The notes beneath the pieces are model-generated. The model was not told where the DNA came from, did not search any database, and was given only the letters and a program-made list of their open reading frames with translations. DNA of 333 bases, taken from Escherichia coli (GTDB taxonomy: Bacteria > Pseudomonadota > Gammaproteobacteria > Enterobacterales > Enterobacteriaceae). The number at the start of each line of letters is the position of its first letter. Positions within the stretch are counted from its first letter, which is position 1. The DNA lies in assembly GCF_003334765.1 (NCBI RefSeq), contig NZ_QOWT01000139.1; one strand, given 5' to 3'. Positions 1 to 333 of the stretch are shown here, one piece after another. A program made the position numbers and the translations under genes.

Positions 1-192
1 CGTATTCACCAACAACATCCGACATCCCGTCTTTTTCCGTTCTGTACCGGTAAATACCGCTGGCACGGCAGTGCTGAGGCGTATACCGGTCGTGAAGTGC
101 AGGATATTCCCGGTGTGCTGGCTGTATTTGCAGAACGCCGTAAGGACAGTTTTGGCCCGTATGTCCGCCTGATGAGTGTCACCCTGAACTGA
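1..192 (+). CDS. yeeT: DUF987 family small protein (YeeT-like), 5'-truncated by the window edge; C-terminal 63 codons plus TGA stop
   Basis: Frame 1 is open from position 1 to the TGA at 190-192 and translates to RIHQQHPTSRLFPFCTGKYRWHGSAEAYTGREVQDIPGVLAVFAERRKDSFGPYVRLMSVTLN*. This matches my recollection of the C-terminal 63 residues of the 73-aa E. coli YeeT, so the start would lie about 30 nt upstream of the window. Identification is from memory, not a search. Confidence 0.85.
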   Translation, partial: RIHQQHPTSRLFPFCTGKYRWHGSAEAYTGREVQDIPGVLAVFAERRKDSFGPYVRLMSVTLN

Positions 193-200
193 GTCAGGGC

Positions 201-217
201 ATTCTGATGAGCAGAAT
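201..217 (+). repeat. Short inverted repeat ATTCTG-N5-CAGAAT in the yeeT-cbeA spacer; potential 6-bp stem / 5-nt loop in the mRNA or a small dyad site
   Basis: Directly visible: 201-206 ATTCTG and 212-217 CAGAAT are exact reverse complements separated by ATGAG. The stem does not extend (200 C vs 218 T) and no T-run follows, so it is not a canonical intrinsic terminator. The repeat is certain; any function is speculative. Confidence 0.3.
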
Positions 218-255
218 TATCGCCACTACCGGACCATTCTTAACCGATTTTCTGT

Positions 256-260
256 GAGGA
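256..260 (+). promoter_or_regulatory. Shine-Dalgarno sequence (GAGGA) for the cbeA GTG start
   Basis: GAGGA at 256-260 is complementary to the 16S rRNA 3' end; a 7-nt spacer (TTTTATC, 261-267) separates it from GTG 268. Confidence 0.65.
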
Positions 261-267
261 TTTTATC

Positions 268-333
268 GTGTCAGACACACTCCCCGGGACAACACTTCCC
301 GACGACAATCACGACCGCCCCTGGTGGGGGCTG
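268..333 (+). CDS. cbeA: Type IV toxin-antitoxin antitoxin CbeA (YeeU family), N-terminal 22 codons only; 3'-truncated by the window edge
   Basis: GTG at 268-270 is the first plausible start after the in-frame stop at 241-243 and sits 7 nt downstream of a GAGGA. Translation is (M)SDTLPGTTLPDDNHDRPWWGL, open to the window end. This matches the N-terminus of YeeU/CbeA as I recall it, including the N-terminal extension that the shorter paralogs YfjZ and YafW lack. The position immediately downstream of a yeeT-like gene fits the known yeeT-cbeA order. Confidence 0.85.
   Translation, partial: MSDTLPGTTLPDDNHDRPWWGL

Noticed and set aside
21-38. T-run (CTTTTTCC, 31-38) that could mark an intrinsic terminator
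   Set aside because: The preceding sequence offers only a 3-bp potential stem (GAC...GTC), and the region is inside the yeeT coding sequence (codons R-L-F-P).
169-211. Two copies of CTGATGAG (169-176 and 204-211), resembling the hammerhead ribozyme CUGAUGA core
   Set aside because: No properly placed GAAA element or helices II/III follow either copy, and a repeated 8-mer pair in 333 bp is expected roughly once by chance. The first copy is simply the codons for L-M-S in yeeT.
9-239. Stop-free reading frame on the minus strand, about 231 nt, antisense to yeeT and the spacer
   Set aside because: It lies entirely antisense to a recognisable conserved CDS, I found no start codon with an SD, and open antisense frames of this length are common opposite real genes.
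193-267. Candidate sigma70 promoter elements in the spacer (e.g. TTAACC at 240-245, TTTTAT at 261-266)
   Set aside because: The matches are weak (about 4 of 6 each) with 15-bp spacing, and they would start transcription at or after the cbeA start codon, so they cannot serve this gene.
320-327. Chi-like sequence CCTGGTGG (7 of 8 match to the Chi site GCTGGTGG)
   Set aside because: The 5' G of canonical Chi is replaced by C. It lies inside the cbeA coding region (codons P-W-W), so it is most likely coincidental.
1-333. The suggestion that the window holds a previously undescribed biological system
   Set aside because: Both ORFs translate to sequences I recognise as the known YeeT (DUF987) and CbeA/YeeU proteins in their usual arrangement, and the rest of the window is a short spacer. 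Only the function of DUF987 remains open.

Overview
This 333-bp window is the junction of two co-directional plus-strand genes, both in frame 1, and I see no novel system in it. Positions 1-192 encode the C-terminal 63 codons plus TGA stop of a small DUF987 protein that matches what I recall of E. coli YeeT. A 75-bp non-coding spacer follows (193-267), with a GAGGA Shine-Dalgarno at 256-260. A GTG start at 268 opens an ORF whose first 22 residues (MSDTLPGTTLPDDNHDRPWWGL) match what I recall of CbeA/YeeU, the antitoxin of the CbeA-CbtA type IV toxin-antitoxin pair found in CP4-44-like cryptic prophage islands (yeeS-yeeT-cbeA-cbtA-yeeW). Both identifications rest on my own translation plus recall of these protein families; I could not run a database search, so paralog and strain assignment is unverified. 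The parts still poorly understood are the function of the DUF987 protein and the role, if any, of the spacer with its small inverted repeat.
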